Below, in pieces: positions 14,102-23,872 of a stretch of DNA of 54,787 nt. The stretch's first letter is position 1, and every line of letters starts with the position of its first letter. The notes beneath the pieces were generated by a model that saw only the letters and a list, made by a program, of their open reading frames with translations, ran no database searches and had not been told where the DNA came from. This DNA is from Paraspadella gotoi. Lineage: Eukaryota > Animalia > Chaetognatha. The translations under genes were made by a program, and so were the position numbers. The stretch lies in contig JBJCIZ010000398.1 of NCBI GenBank assembly GCA_051294375.1, positions 1 to 54,787 of the forward strand, in the 5' to 3' direction.

Positions 14102-14366
14102 ATGCAAGCAAAAAGTTTATTTCATTGGTCATCATCTTTGCCCTGTCTGTCAAGCGAGCGTCAAGACGATCAAAGTAAGTCGCCGACGCTTGTGTTTGTT
14201 GATTTTGTCGAATATTTTTGTATTCAATTTTTTGATTTGTTTTTTTTTAGTGGAGAAAGTTGTGCGCTTAAAGAAAATAAAGGAGGACGCAAAGTCAAAG
14301 GCGGATTTTTAATTGACTGGGCCCAGGCAGCAAACACGGATGCGCGTTTGGAAGAAAAATGTTTGA
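14102..14366 (+). CDS. Two-exon secreted peptide gene, tandem copy 1 (indels, probably sequencing errors)
   Basis: ATG at 14102, donor GTAAGT at 14175, acceptor TTTTAG ending at 14250. Homologous to the intact copy at 15167. Confidence 0.55.
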
Positions 14367-15061
14367 AAACTTATTATTTAATCTCATTCTAAGACATAAC
14401 AGTTAAAAATATTTTTTGGAAATATCCTTTTTAATAGTTAATAATGCTTCTGAGCAAGGTGTACATGTGTATTTTGGTTTCAAATAATTTGAAGTAAGCA
14501 GGTAAAGGTTCGGGTAAGTTACTTTTTTTGGTTTCATTTTTACTAAAATTACTTTATATCAAAAAAAATTAATGATGTTAACAGATAATTAAGTTAATCA
14601 ATGTAAGAATTTCTTGAATGCATAATAAAAGGGTCAAACGGTAAGAATAATATGTCATTATCTTGTAAGAGTAATGGAAGGCCTTAACCCACCAAAGCCT
14701 GTCCAAGTCAGGGGCAAGATAGCTTATTTATTAAATGAATGGATAATTTTTATATTGGTTGTACCAATTTCATAAAGTATTTACGATTAAGGCCTAATTC
14801 GTTAAAAAATATTCTTAAAATTTTGTCTTACTATTCCAGAGTTTAAAATGACAAAAAGAAATTAAACTTTGTAAATTATTCATTACTGTATGTTTAAATT
14901 AGAGCCATGCTCTAATAAACTCATTCGTTGTCGTTTTGTCTAACAGCGAACTCACGCGCTAGATTTCCTAGCAATGGGTAAACAGTAACAAACAGCAAAA
15001 TCAACGTTCAAAAGAATCAATCTTTACCCAACACATTTTTTTTAAAAACGTAGAAGACAGA

Positions 15062-15086
15062 NNNNNNNNNNNNNNNNNNNNNNNNN
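15062..15086. other. Assembly gap, 25 N
   Basis: Run of N. The flanks are contiguous in the copy near 50960. Confidence 1.
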
Positions 15087-15166
15087 AAATAGTAATAATT
15101 TTTTTTCCGAATTTTTTTCATTTTACAAATTTTCTGAAGAAAACAAAGAAAAAAAATTGTTTAACG

Positions 15167-15431
15167 ATGCAAGCAAAAAAGTTTATTTCATTGGTCATCA
15201 TCTTTGCCCTTCTGTTCCAAGCGAGCGTCAAAGACGATCAAAGTAAGTCGCCGACGCTTTGTTTGTGGATTTTGTCGATATTTTTTGTATTCAATTTTGA
15301 TTTGTTTTTTTTTAGTGGAGAAAGTTGTGCGCTTAAAGAAAATAAAGGGAGGACGCAAAGTCAAAGGCGGATTTTTAATTGACTGGGCCCAGGCAGCAAA
15401 CACGGACGCGGTTTGGAAGAAAAATGTTTGA
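15167..15431 (+). CDS. Two-exon 63-aa putative secreted peptide: MQAKKFISLVIIFALLFQASVKDDQMEKVVRLKKIKGGRKVKGGFLIDWAQAANTDAVWKKNV
   Basis: Exon 1 15167-15242 (76 nt), 73-nt intron 15243-15315 (GTAAGT...TTTTTAG, phase 1), exon 2 15316-15431 ending in TGA. Spliced length is 192 nt and in frame. The N-terminus is basic then hydrophobic, like a signal peptide. Confidence 0.72.
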
Positions 15432-16070
15432 AAACTTATTATTTAATCTCATTCTAAGACATAACAGTTAAAAATATTTTTTGGAAATATCCTTTTATAG
15501 TATAATAATGCTTCAGGCAAGGTGTACATTGTATTTTGGTTTCAAATAATTTGAAGTAAGCAGGTAAAGTTCGGGTAAGTTACTTTTTTGGTTTCATTTT
15601 TACTAAAACTTACTTTTATCAAAAAAATTATTAATGATGTTAACAGATAATTAAGTTAATCATGTAAGATTTCTGAATGCATAATAAAAGGGTCAAAATG
15701 GTAAGAAATACACAAAGTATTTGACGATTAAGGCCTATTGTTAAAATATTCTTAAAATTTTGTCTAACTTACTTGAAAAAAATTAAAAAATCGGTTTAAT
15801 TTGGATAGGGATGAAAAGTTTAAAAATCAGTCAATTGAGGATAAGACATAACACTGTCATGTTCAGAAATGACCACTGAAAAAATTAACAAGTATGGCTT
15901 TTATACTATGCAAATCAAGGTGCGCGTATAAAAATTACTAAGTGATTTGAAATGCCTGTAGTTGTTTAAAAATTTGTTATAGTTTTATTGTATATGAAAG
16001 TAAAGGACAGAAAAATCTTTTGGCACCTATTTTATTATTGTATCTCAAATCGTTCAGACAGGGCAGGACG

Positions 16071-16391
16071 TTAAATTTTGTCTCGATATATGGTCCACCC
16101 CTGTAGTTAATATTGAATAACCTTCAATATACAGGGGTGGTATGGTGGACTAAAATCCACCAACCGTTCATCAGCGGCCATTGGTGCAGGAGGCAAGTCA
16201 TTAACCTGCCAACCCAAAAGGTTCCAGGGTTTAAGCCCGGTGGTCGCCGAGCAGTTAAGAGGGACAGGGCGCTTAACGGTGTTAGAGCTTGAATCCGAAG
16301 CTCAGGGACTTGCTTCCTGCACCAATGGCCGCTGATATATGGTTGGTGGATTTTAAACCATATTTTAGACCATGTATTGAGACAAATTTAA
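16071..16391 (+). ncRNA. Y-shaped fold-back element or candidate structured hairpin RNA (copies at 26276-26598 and 51952-52273)
   Basis: A 25-bp outer stem (ttaaattttgtctcgatatatggtc / gaccatgtattgagacaaaatttaa) encloses a hairpin (ccacccctgta...tacaggggtgg) and a ~49-bp stem (16151-16199 / 16307-16354). Four of the five non-Watson-Crick oppositions in the long stems are G-U on the + strand. Confidence 0.5.
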
Positions 16392-16693
16392 AAATTCATT
16401 ACTTTAATTATAAGCAAAGGCAACTCCTCGGTTTTCTCTGCGCGGTTTGAAAAAAAAATGTTGAATTATTGTTTAATCTCATTCTAAAACATAGCAGGTT
16501 TACATTGCATATTGGAAAAAATTTTGAAGTAAGCAGGTAAGGTTCGGGTTTAATTTTTATTAAAACTTACTTTCATAAAAAAATTTATTAATAATATTGT
16601 TAGATAATTAAGTTAATTGTTTAAAATTTCTGAATGCATAATAAAAGGTCAAAACGGTAAAGAAATACAAAGTATTTGATGATTTAAGCAATA

Positions 16694-17490
16694 TTATAAC
16701 CAAAACAATATAAACGCTCCTGGAAAAAATTCCGGTAAAAAAATCCATGTAAAAACACTTGATTCCGATCCTGTTACATCTGAAGGGCTCGCATTTTTTT
16801 CTCTTGTCAAATCATCAACATCTTGATATCAAACAAGCCAGAACAAATACTGCTTCTATATGGAAAAATTTTCCATCTTTGATTTTATATAGAAATGTAA
16901 GGGATTTTTTCCCTTCAAGACAATATAAACGTATTTGAGATATGTTCCGGTTTCACAAATGAGTCAAATTCAGGAAATCCTCTGGCAAAAGTGTCTGAAG
17001 GGATCTCAAATTTTTCTTTACATTTTATTTAGTTATTTTAGTATGATACGATCATGGTAAAGTAAATTAGTTGATTTTGGTGAAAATTTTATTTAAACTA
17101 AAAGTAAAGAGGAGCTAACAATCGGAAATTCTAATAGTGGAGTCAGATTCGGGAAAAATCTTCTATGGCGAAAATTCTTCCAAAAAAGGGGTGGATTTTT
17201 CGAAGATTTTGGTTAAATTTTCTATATTTATGGTCGTTTTTTTTGAAACTTAACAATAGCAATATTGTCATCATTCTACATTGGCCGGTATAAGAATATA
17301 TTAAAAAAAGTCCTCAGTTTCGGAACTGAATTGATCGTCGACGTCTTTCGGCAGCAGAATCTCCGGTAAATTCGCTGCAAAGTGACCGACAGACCGACCT
17401 CGGCCGACGACGCTTAAGGGACGTTCCGAGACCAGTTCACTAAGTTTCGTTATAATCCTCGTCGATCCAGCCAATCTAGTCGCGGCTAGA
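16694..17490 (-). pseudogene. Degenerate multi-exon coding remnant of unknown family (copies at ~26894-27690 and ~52580-53380)
   Basis: Segments LAGSTRIITKLSELVSERPLSVVGRGRSVGHFAANLPEILLPKDVDDQFSSETEDFF, KILTKIFEKSTPFLEEFSP*KIFPESDSTIRISD, FEIPSDTFARGFPEFDVICETGTYLK and QDVDDLTREKNASPSDVTGSESSVF. The stops are shared by all three assembly copies. Confidence 0.4.
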
Positions 17491-17752
17491 CAGTGACAGT
17501 GAGTCGACTTACCACCGGTCTATCTCTCTAAATGAAATACCACCCTTCTCGGAGGCTTTGTCATTATTTTATGTTCGTCGTTTTTAAAAATATAAAAATC
17601 TAAAATGTTTCTGAGTATTGCTACCATGTTCAAATTAAGAATTTCCTTTATCGTTTCGTATGATTTTTATTAATAAACTTTAACAAGTAATTTATATTTC
17701 AATAATCTCAAAATGATACACAACTTAATCATTGTTCTTGATTTTTGTTGAG

Positions 17753-18039
17753 TTACATGAGTCCAGCCTGATCTTTTCCTCCGGATTTTGTCTGGTCGTC
17801 CGTGTTTGCTGGCCTGGCCAGTCAATTAAAAATCCGCCTTTGACTTTGCGTCCTCCCTTTATTTTCTTTAAGCGCACAACTTTCTCCACTAAAAAAAACA
17901 AATCAAAATTGAATACAAAAAAATATCGACAAAATCCAAAACACAAAGCGGTCGGCGACTTACTTTGATCGGTCTTCGACGCTCGCTTGGAACAGAAGGG
18001 CAAAGAAGAGATGAATGAAATAAACTTTTTTGCTTGCAT
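17753..18039 (-). CDS. Two-exon secreted peptide gene, inverted (probable parent) copy; consensus 70 aa ending ...IDWAQAANTDDQTKSGGKDQAGLM
   Basis: Same ATG, donor and acceptor as 15167. The consensus of copies 17753-18039, 27943-28230 and 53666-53952 gives an open spliced frame ending in TAA, with AATAAA about 80 nt downstream on the - strand. Confidence 0.68.
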
Positions 18040-18366
18040 CGTTAAACAATTTTTTTTCTTTGTTTTCTCAGGAAAATTGTAAAATGAAAAAAATTCGGAA
18101 AAAAAAAATTATTACTATTTTCGTCTTCCTACAGTTTTTTTTAAACAATGTGGTGGTGTAAAGATTGATTCTTTTGAACGTTTGATTTTGTGTTTGTTAC
18201 TGTTTACCATTGCTAGGGAAATCTTAGCGCGTGAGTGTCGCTTGAGCATAACGACAACGAGCATGGCTTCTAATTAAATGTACAGTAATCGAAAATAAAT
18301 ACAAAGTTAAATTTTTTTGTCATTTTAACTTGAACTATTAAGACAAAATTTTAAGAAAATATTTTA
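17797..18366 (-). repeat. Inverted copy of the 5' ~570 bp of the 1-kb unit
   Basis: Reverse complement of ~13780-14340 and ~14805-15408. Confidence 0.9.
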
Positions 18367-18399
18367 AGATTTTATGATTTTTTAAGAATACCAAAATGA

Positions 18400-18464
18400 T
18401 TGATGCGATGATAGTCTTCACTGATGCGATGATTAGTCATTCATTGACGCGATGAGTCATTCAT
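18400..18464. repeat. Three-copy ~21-bp minisatellite (tgatgcgatgatagtcattca)
   Basis: Direct tandem repeat; cleaner copies at ~28585-28648 and ~54310-54373. Confidence 0.85.
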
Positions 18465-18479
18465 CGTAAAGTAAAACAA

Positions 18480-20473
18480 ACGTGTTTATGAGTGAGAGAG
18501 AGTGAGAAAGAAGAGAGAGAGTGTACCCGAATTTGTTTTCTTAAACATAGAATATATTCTGACTAAATCTCAGAAGCCGTAAAATAAATCCACAAAAAAC
18601 TAGGATGTAAATTTGGATTTTGTATTGAGAAAAAAAGCGTGGAATAAAGTGGGCGATAATAAAAGTTTTTAGAAGGAGAAAAATAATCAGAATTTTTTGA
18701 AAAACGCACGATCACGCAAGAGATCGTACAGAGAGAGACATGAGAGAGAGCAGAAGGACAGAGAGAGAGACAGAGAAAGAGACACAGAGAGAGAGACAGA
18801 GAGAGAGACAAGCGATGAGAAAGAAAAGCTGGACAGCAGCTGGACAAGCTTGCTTCAGAGACTGAACTCGTTTTTTAGACGAATCTGAATTAGGGTCGAA
18901 CTCCTTTCTTTCTATAAATAAATATTAAAAATAAATATTTGGGGTATAGAGCCAAATTTTTTGTACATTGAAAGTATAGATAAAAATGTATAAATTTTCG
19001 TTTGAGTCATGTTTCTCATTCTAAATTTTTGACTACCCCTTTGAGTATGGGCTTAGTCCCTATCAGAAGAAAAAATAATCAGAGAGAGAGAGAGAAAGAA
19101 AGAGAAAGAGAGAGAGTGAAGATAGAGAGAAGCTGGACAGCCGCTTGGACGCCGCTGCAGAAGCTGGAACTCGTTTTTTCGACGAATCTGAGTAGGGCAA
19201 ACTCTTTTCCTTTTTATAATAAATATTAAAAAAAAAATATTTTGGAGTATAGAGCCATATAAGAAATTTTTTGTACATTAATAAAGTATTCTTAAAAATG
19301 CATAAAATTTTCGTGTTGAGCAATGATTCCCAATACTAAATTTTGGATGTCCACCCATTGGAGAGGGGACTTCCCCTATTCAGAGAAAAAAGAGAGAAAG
19401 AGAGAAGGAGTTAGAGGAAGCTAACAGCCGCTGGAAATCAGAAAGCAGCAGCGACGGAGAAAAGAGAGAGAGAGAGTTAGCGACATATTATTAAAAGAGA
19501 GAAAAGCTCAACAGCCCTTTCAACTCTTACTTAGTAAAATAAGTACCTATGGCGCCCGAGGGTAGCGCGAACTCTCCTAATCTGAAGGACTCGGTCGCGC
19601 CTTGTGATTCATACAAGAAAAGCGAAAAAAACAGAGGAGAAAAAAAAGGGAGATGGATGGTTAAACTGCTGACGGGCATCGTCTTCAATATTGGTGAGCC
19701 CATAAATATATATATGGGATAAGGCGCTAAGTGGGCTGAAGATGACTATCCGTAACTTCTATAACCCCCTTTAGTAGCCATGAACGGGTCCTGGGCTTGG
19801 AACCAGGCTTGAGGGGTTGCCACGCCCCCAAGGCGGCTTACGGCTCCTCACGCTTCCCACAGGGTAGGTACCGGGTGGATTGAACCGGTACCTAGTGGTT
19901 CATGAGCTGATGGCTTTACTCAATGAGCCACGGGTCAGGACTGAAGGTGTCATGCTTATAGGCGGGGTGAACCAGGCAATGCCCGACTACATCTATTACA
20001 ATTTTTTTGTTAAAAAAAAAAAGAGAGAGAGAGAGAGAGAGAAAGAAGCTGGACGACCTGCATGACGCTGCAGAGCCAGAACTCGTTTTAGACAAATCAG
20101 AAGAGCAGTGACTGAGAAAAAAAGAGAGAAGAAAGAGAGCGACCATATAATTAAAAGAAAGAGAGAGGGAAAGAGACATATAATTAAAAGGTTTTTTTTT
20201 GTCTTTGTAAATAAAACATAAACAAATAGGAATATTGATATGAAACATGAGAATTTTAAAGATCTTGATGATTAGAAGCCATATATAAATTTTCACTCCC
20301 TATGATATCACACTTTTAGAAGCCATGATTGCAAAAAAAGCGTGACACAGACGACGACGACGACGAATGCCTTTCAAGTCAAGTCAAGACGACGACGACG
20401 ACTACGCACAAAGAAGCGAAAGCGAAGTATTATAGAGACAGGACGGGCTTCGCCCGTCTGTCTCGATAAAAAA
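18480..20473 (-). mobile_element. DINE-1/HINE-like non-autonomous Helentron-type element (left boundary uncertain; copy at ~28660-30625)
   Basis: On the - strand: T-run, then gagacagacgggcgaagcccgtc(c)tgtctc (sub-terminal inverted repeat and hairpin), then a (GTC)n microsatellite and tctgtgtcacgc, followed by internal ~300-bp tandem repeats. This order matches the DINE-1/HINE architecture. The far-end subTIR was not identified. Confidence 0.5.
18820..19500 (+). repeat. ~300-bp diverged tandem repeat (about 2.3 units) bounded by GA microsatellites, with a further partial unit at 20040-20190
   Basis: Recurring aagctggacagc.gctggac...gaactcgtttttt.gacgaatc...ttttgtacatt...ccctat(t)cagaagaaaaaa. 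Confidence 0.8.
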
Positions 20474-20780
20474 ACTCTGGCTTTTTCGTCAAGAGCTAAG
20501 TCCTACTTAGTCTAAAGGATTGGAAAAAATTTTCAATTAAGCACTGTGGACGAACATCTAGAAGCACGCAACCTTGGTCAACCACATGACCTTACCAACC
20601 TTACCTCGCTCATTTCCCCAACTTATTTATGGTCAAAAACGGTTGACCCTTTATGGTCAAACGTTGACCTTTGTAAATACCATTGTAATAGACTTAGCAT
20701 CTGAGCATTTTGACTGTTATTGTTTATAACCGTTGTTGAAGAATAAATCATTCTTACTCTGAACTTGTTGCGTCCACACG

Positions 20781-20797
20781 TGGTGAGCCCGACGTGA
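20781..20797 (+). promoter_or_regulatory. Primer binding site complementary to the tRNA-Trp 3' end
   Basis: TGGTGAGCCCGACGTGA matches TGGTGACCCCGACGTGA at 16/17 positions and begins 2 nt after the 5' LTR. Confidence 0.8.
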
Positions 20798-21154
20798 AAA
20801 ATATAAAAAAAAACGAAACAAAAACAAAAAAAAAAAAAACAAAAACAAAAGGAAACTACTTCTCAAAAATTTCGCCGAAACAAATTTTTAATTCAAACCA
20901 TTTTTTTTTTTAAATTAATTTTTTAATTTAAATCGACTCAAAAAAAGAACTTTTACGCGTTTTTTGGCCAAAATTCTTTTTTTTTTTTTTCTCTCTCTCA
21001 AATTCTCTCGAATTCGAATCGTTTTTTGCCAATACAACTCTTCATTTGAAAACAAATATTTTTTTTTTAATTTAAATCATTTTTTTTTTAAGCGAAACAT
21101 ACCTTTCTTTTTCAAGGCAAATAATTTTTTCAAAGTAAATAATATTTTTTTTTA

Positions 21155-21767
21155 ATGCCGCGTTCTCATCACCCAAGCGTCACACGCCCTCCAACCGCCC
21201 GCCGACGAAGAAGAAACGACAATGCCGGTGACCACGCGCAACGCCTCCAATCCGACAGCGCCGGCCGCGACGACGCATTCCACGACGCCGCCGCCTCGAC
21301 ATCCGCGACGCCCCTCGAAATGCAAATCGAAATACCGGCCGCGGCGTCGAAAGTGATCTCCGTTGATCGACTGAAACCTGCCGTCACCGACGAAGTCGCA
21401 CCACCTGAACCACCGCAGGCGCGACCACGTGGTCGCCCGCGTGCTTCAGCAGCTTCCGTCCACGGAAACGGAAGTTGCACTCCCTGATCCACCGCAGGCG
21501 CGACCACATGGTCGCCCGCGCGTCTCAGCAGCTCCATCTATGCCCCCGCCTCCGGAAACGGAAGCGGCGCCACTCGCGTTTTCCCACGACGCCGCAAGTT
21601 GCTCGTCGACAATCTTCATCAATCCCGGGTCTTATCAACGTCCTTCCGACGATGCTTCAGCCGCCGGAAGACGACGACGAAAACGACGACGCAATCCAAT
21701 AACCTTTTCAAGCCTTCTCCCCACCCGGTCAAAGGCTTGGTGGGGGGATGTGTGGACGAACATCTAG
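21155..21767 (+). CDS. Retroelement mini-ORF: probable gag leader fused to an integrase C-terminal tail with two AT-hook-like motifs
   Basis: ORFs 21155-21487 and 21429-21767 join if one T near 21445 is removed, as read in the copy near 31605. Contains VISVDRLKPA, RPRGRPR and RPHGRPR, the latter two within a short tandem duplication. Confidence 0.55.
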
Positions 21768-22034
21768 AACACGCAACCTTGGTCAAACCACATGACCCTT
21801 ACCAACCTTAACCTCGCTCATTTCCCCAACTTATTTATGGTCAAAACAGTTGACCTTTATGGTCAAACGTTGACTTTGTAAATACCATTGTAATAGACTT
21901 AGCATCTGAGCATTTTGACTGTTATTGTTTATAACGTTGTTGAAGAATAAATCATTCTTACTCTGAAACTTGTTGCGTCCACACTACCCTAAATACTGAT
22001 ACCCTGCATTGCTTTACTTTTTTCTATTTGGAAG

Positions 22035-23135
22035 TCATTTTTCCATAAATTTTAAATGTTTATTTTTTAAATCTTGCGTCTGGACCTCCTTTAATAAAGG
22101 AATTTTAACAGTGTTATCATCTCCTTCATATATGCACAGGAAAGTACAGAAAAAACCAAATCCCGCTTCTTAGGCGAACAAGGATATTTTTTTATTTGAT
22201 AAACATTTATGACGACACCTGTAATATCTTTCCGGTTTCTTTTGATTATTGTTCACAACAGATTAAATTTAAGAGAGATAATTCATTCCTGATTTTTTTT
22301 CCCATTTTTTTATTTTTAACAAAAAAAGTAAATGAACTCAATGGAGAAGACTGGACTAATTCCAACAATATTTTGGCGATTTTGAACTTGAAATCCTATT
22401 TAAAGTTAGTAAATAGTGAATGAATAACATTTAATTCTTAACCAATTTTTCAAACAGAAGTAGAATTTCAAAATTGAATTGATAGTAAAATTAAAATTAT
22501 ATGTTAATTTTATTATAATTTTCTTTTTTTCTTATTCTCTCATCTTATTGTAATAAATTTTTAATAAAAAATAACTGACGAAATGTTTACGAGTTTGTCT
22601 TCGCCATTGTTTTCATCTTCCTCGTCGTTTTCGCTGTCATTTTCATATTCTTCTTAGTAGTTTTTGTCATTTTTGTCGTCATTGTCTTTGCCATCGTTTT
22701 TGTCGTCGTTTTCGCCAGTTTTCATCTCCCTCGTTTTTGTCTACTTCATTGTTTTTGTTGTTGTTGTTGTTATCATCTTTGCTTTAGTTTGTTATCGTCT
22801 TTATTCTTGCCTTAGACTTATTTAAACTGATAACATTACTGAATCTATAAGTTAGAAACTCATGTAATTACCATTTGTCTTTCCAAGGATATGCCTCCCC
22901 ATCACAAACGAGCCTCAGAAACTGTTCTTACCTCCTTTCCAACTTACTGTTATATTGCTGCAACGCTGATTGATTAACGATCTATGAAAACCCTGAAACC
23001 TTTTAAAACAATGTCTTACCGTCTTTCAAATAAAAATAGAAAACATAAGAAAGATTTGCTTCTTACCAAATTTTTAAACTCAAACTCAAATCGCTGGCAA
23101 ACATTTAATTTTTTGACCACTTTCCATTGGCGTAG
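22035..23135 (-). pseudogene. Multi-exon coding remnant with a D/E/N-rich low-complexity segment (copy at 32190-33290)
   Basis: Segments GKTLF*KVSGFS*IVNQSALQQYNSKLERR*EQFLRLVCDGEAYPWKDK, KDDNNNNNKNNEVDKNEGDEN...EEYENDSENDEEDENNGEDK, DFKFKIAKILLELVQSSPLSSFTFFVKNKK and CIYEGDDNTVKIPLLKEVQ, with GT/AG-like junctions. Confidence 0.5.
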
Positions 23136-23872
23136 AGAAAAAAAGTATTACATATTTGGAATCGGGTCAGTTTGAAGGACCAAACATTATGATATCAGCC
23201 TTTTGACCCCCCCTGACCCCCTTCATCACTGGGTTCCCTCAAGTTACTGGAGGCTGGAGAGGTCGTTTGAAAGAAAGAATCAGAAAATAAGGGAGAAAGA
23301 AACATAATTCATTAATTGTCAATCGATAAAAAAAGGGGTGGAGTGTTTAAATTGTTATTTTTTCTTTTATTTATATTTTTTACATCATTATAATACTAAA
23401 AAAATGTTTTATTAGTAACATGATTTGAAGCGAAATTCAAGAGTGTTCAATACAAAAATATCGCTTTTTTAATAAAAAAAAAATCCCTTAAGAGGAAAGG
23501 TCATTCAGCATAACAATACGTAATCATTGATGTGTTAGAGCTAATATATCGAGAAATACATTATAGTCATCAGTAATCACAAAAAAATAAGTTCTTATTT
23601 ATATGTAAACATTCCATTTTCAATAATTTTTTTTAAATGGGTAAATAACAAAATTGTTAAGTTAAATGGGTAAGCACATTTCTAAAGATTTCGTTTTTCA
23701 ATCTGGTTGTTAAAAAATTCTAGGTAAGAAGTTAAAACACGGTATGGGATAATTTAGAAGGGGAGAATTAAGCAATTAATCTCGTTACTCTGTTGGTTTT
23801 CCAGTCATGAACAAAATCTTCAGTTAAATAGATGGTAAGAAATTCGAGCTTACAATGAATCTACACTGAATT

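Larger units (their letters stand above)
13726..15712 (+). repeat. Two tandem ~1-kb units (13726-14760 and 14761-~15712), each carrying a peptide gene; repeated at 49584-51590
   Basis: Both start gtac(c)aatttcataaag and align throughout. A third start fragment lies at 15713-15765 and a related 3' segment at 16440-16690. Confidence 0.9.
20545..21983 (+). mobile_element. Non-autonomous, internally deleted Gypsy LTR retrotransposon, CsRn1-like
   Basis: LTRs at 20545-20778 and 21751-21983 with TGTGGACG...CGTCCACA ends and internal AATAAA. PBS at 20781-20797, G-rich PPT just before 21751, TSD CTAC (seen on both sides in the second copy), and integrase tail motif VISVDRLKPA. Confidence 0.92.

Noticed and set aside
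16071-16391. Hammerhead or twister ribozyme in the fold-back (CUGAUGA on the - strand; UAACCUGCC...AGCCCGG on the + strand)
   Set aside because: No GAAA follows stem II and the twister core spacing does not fit. The HDV-like nested pseudoknot could not be built either.
18400-18464. CRISPR-like array
   Set aside because: The repeats are adjacent without unique spacers, the context is eukaryotic, and there are no cas genes.
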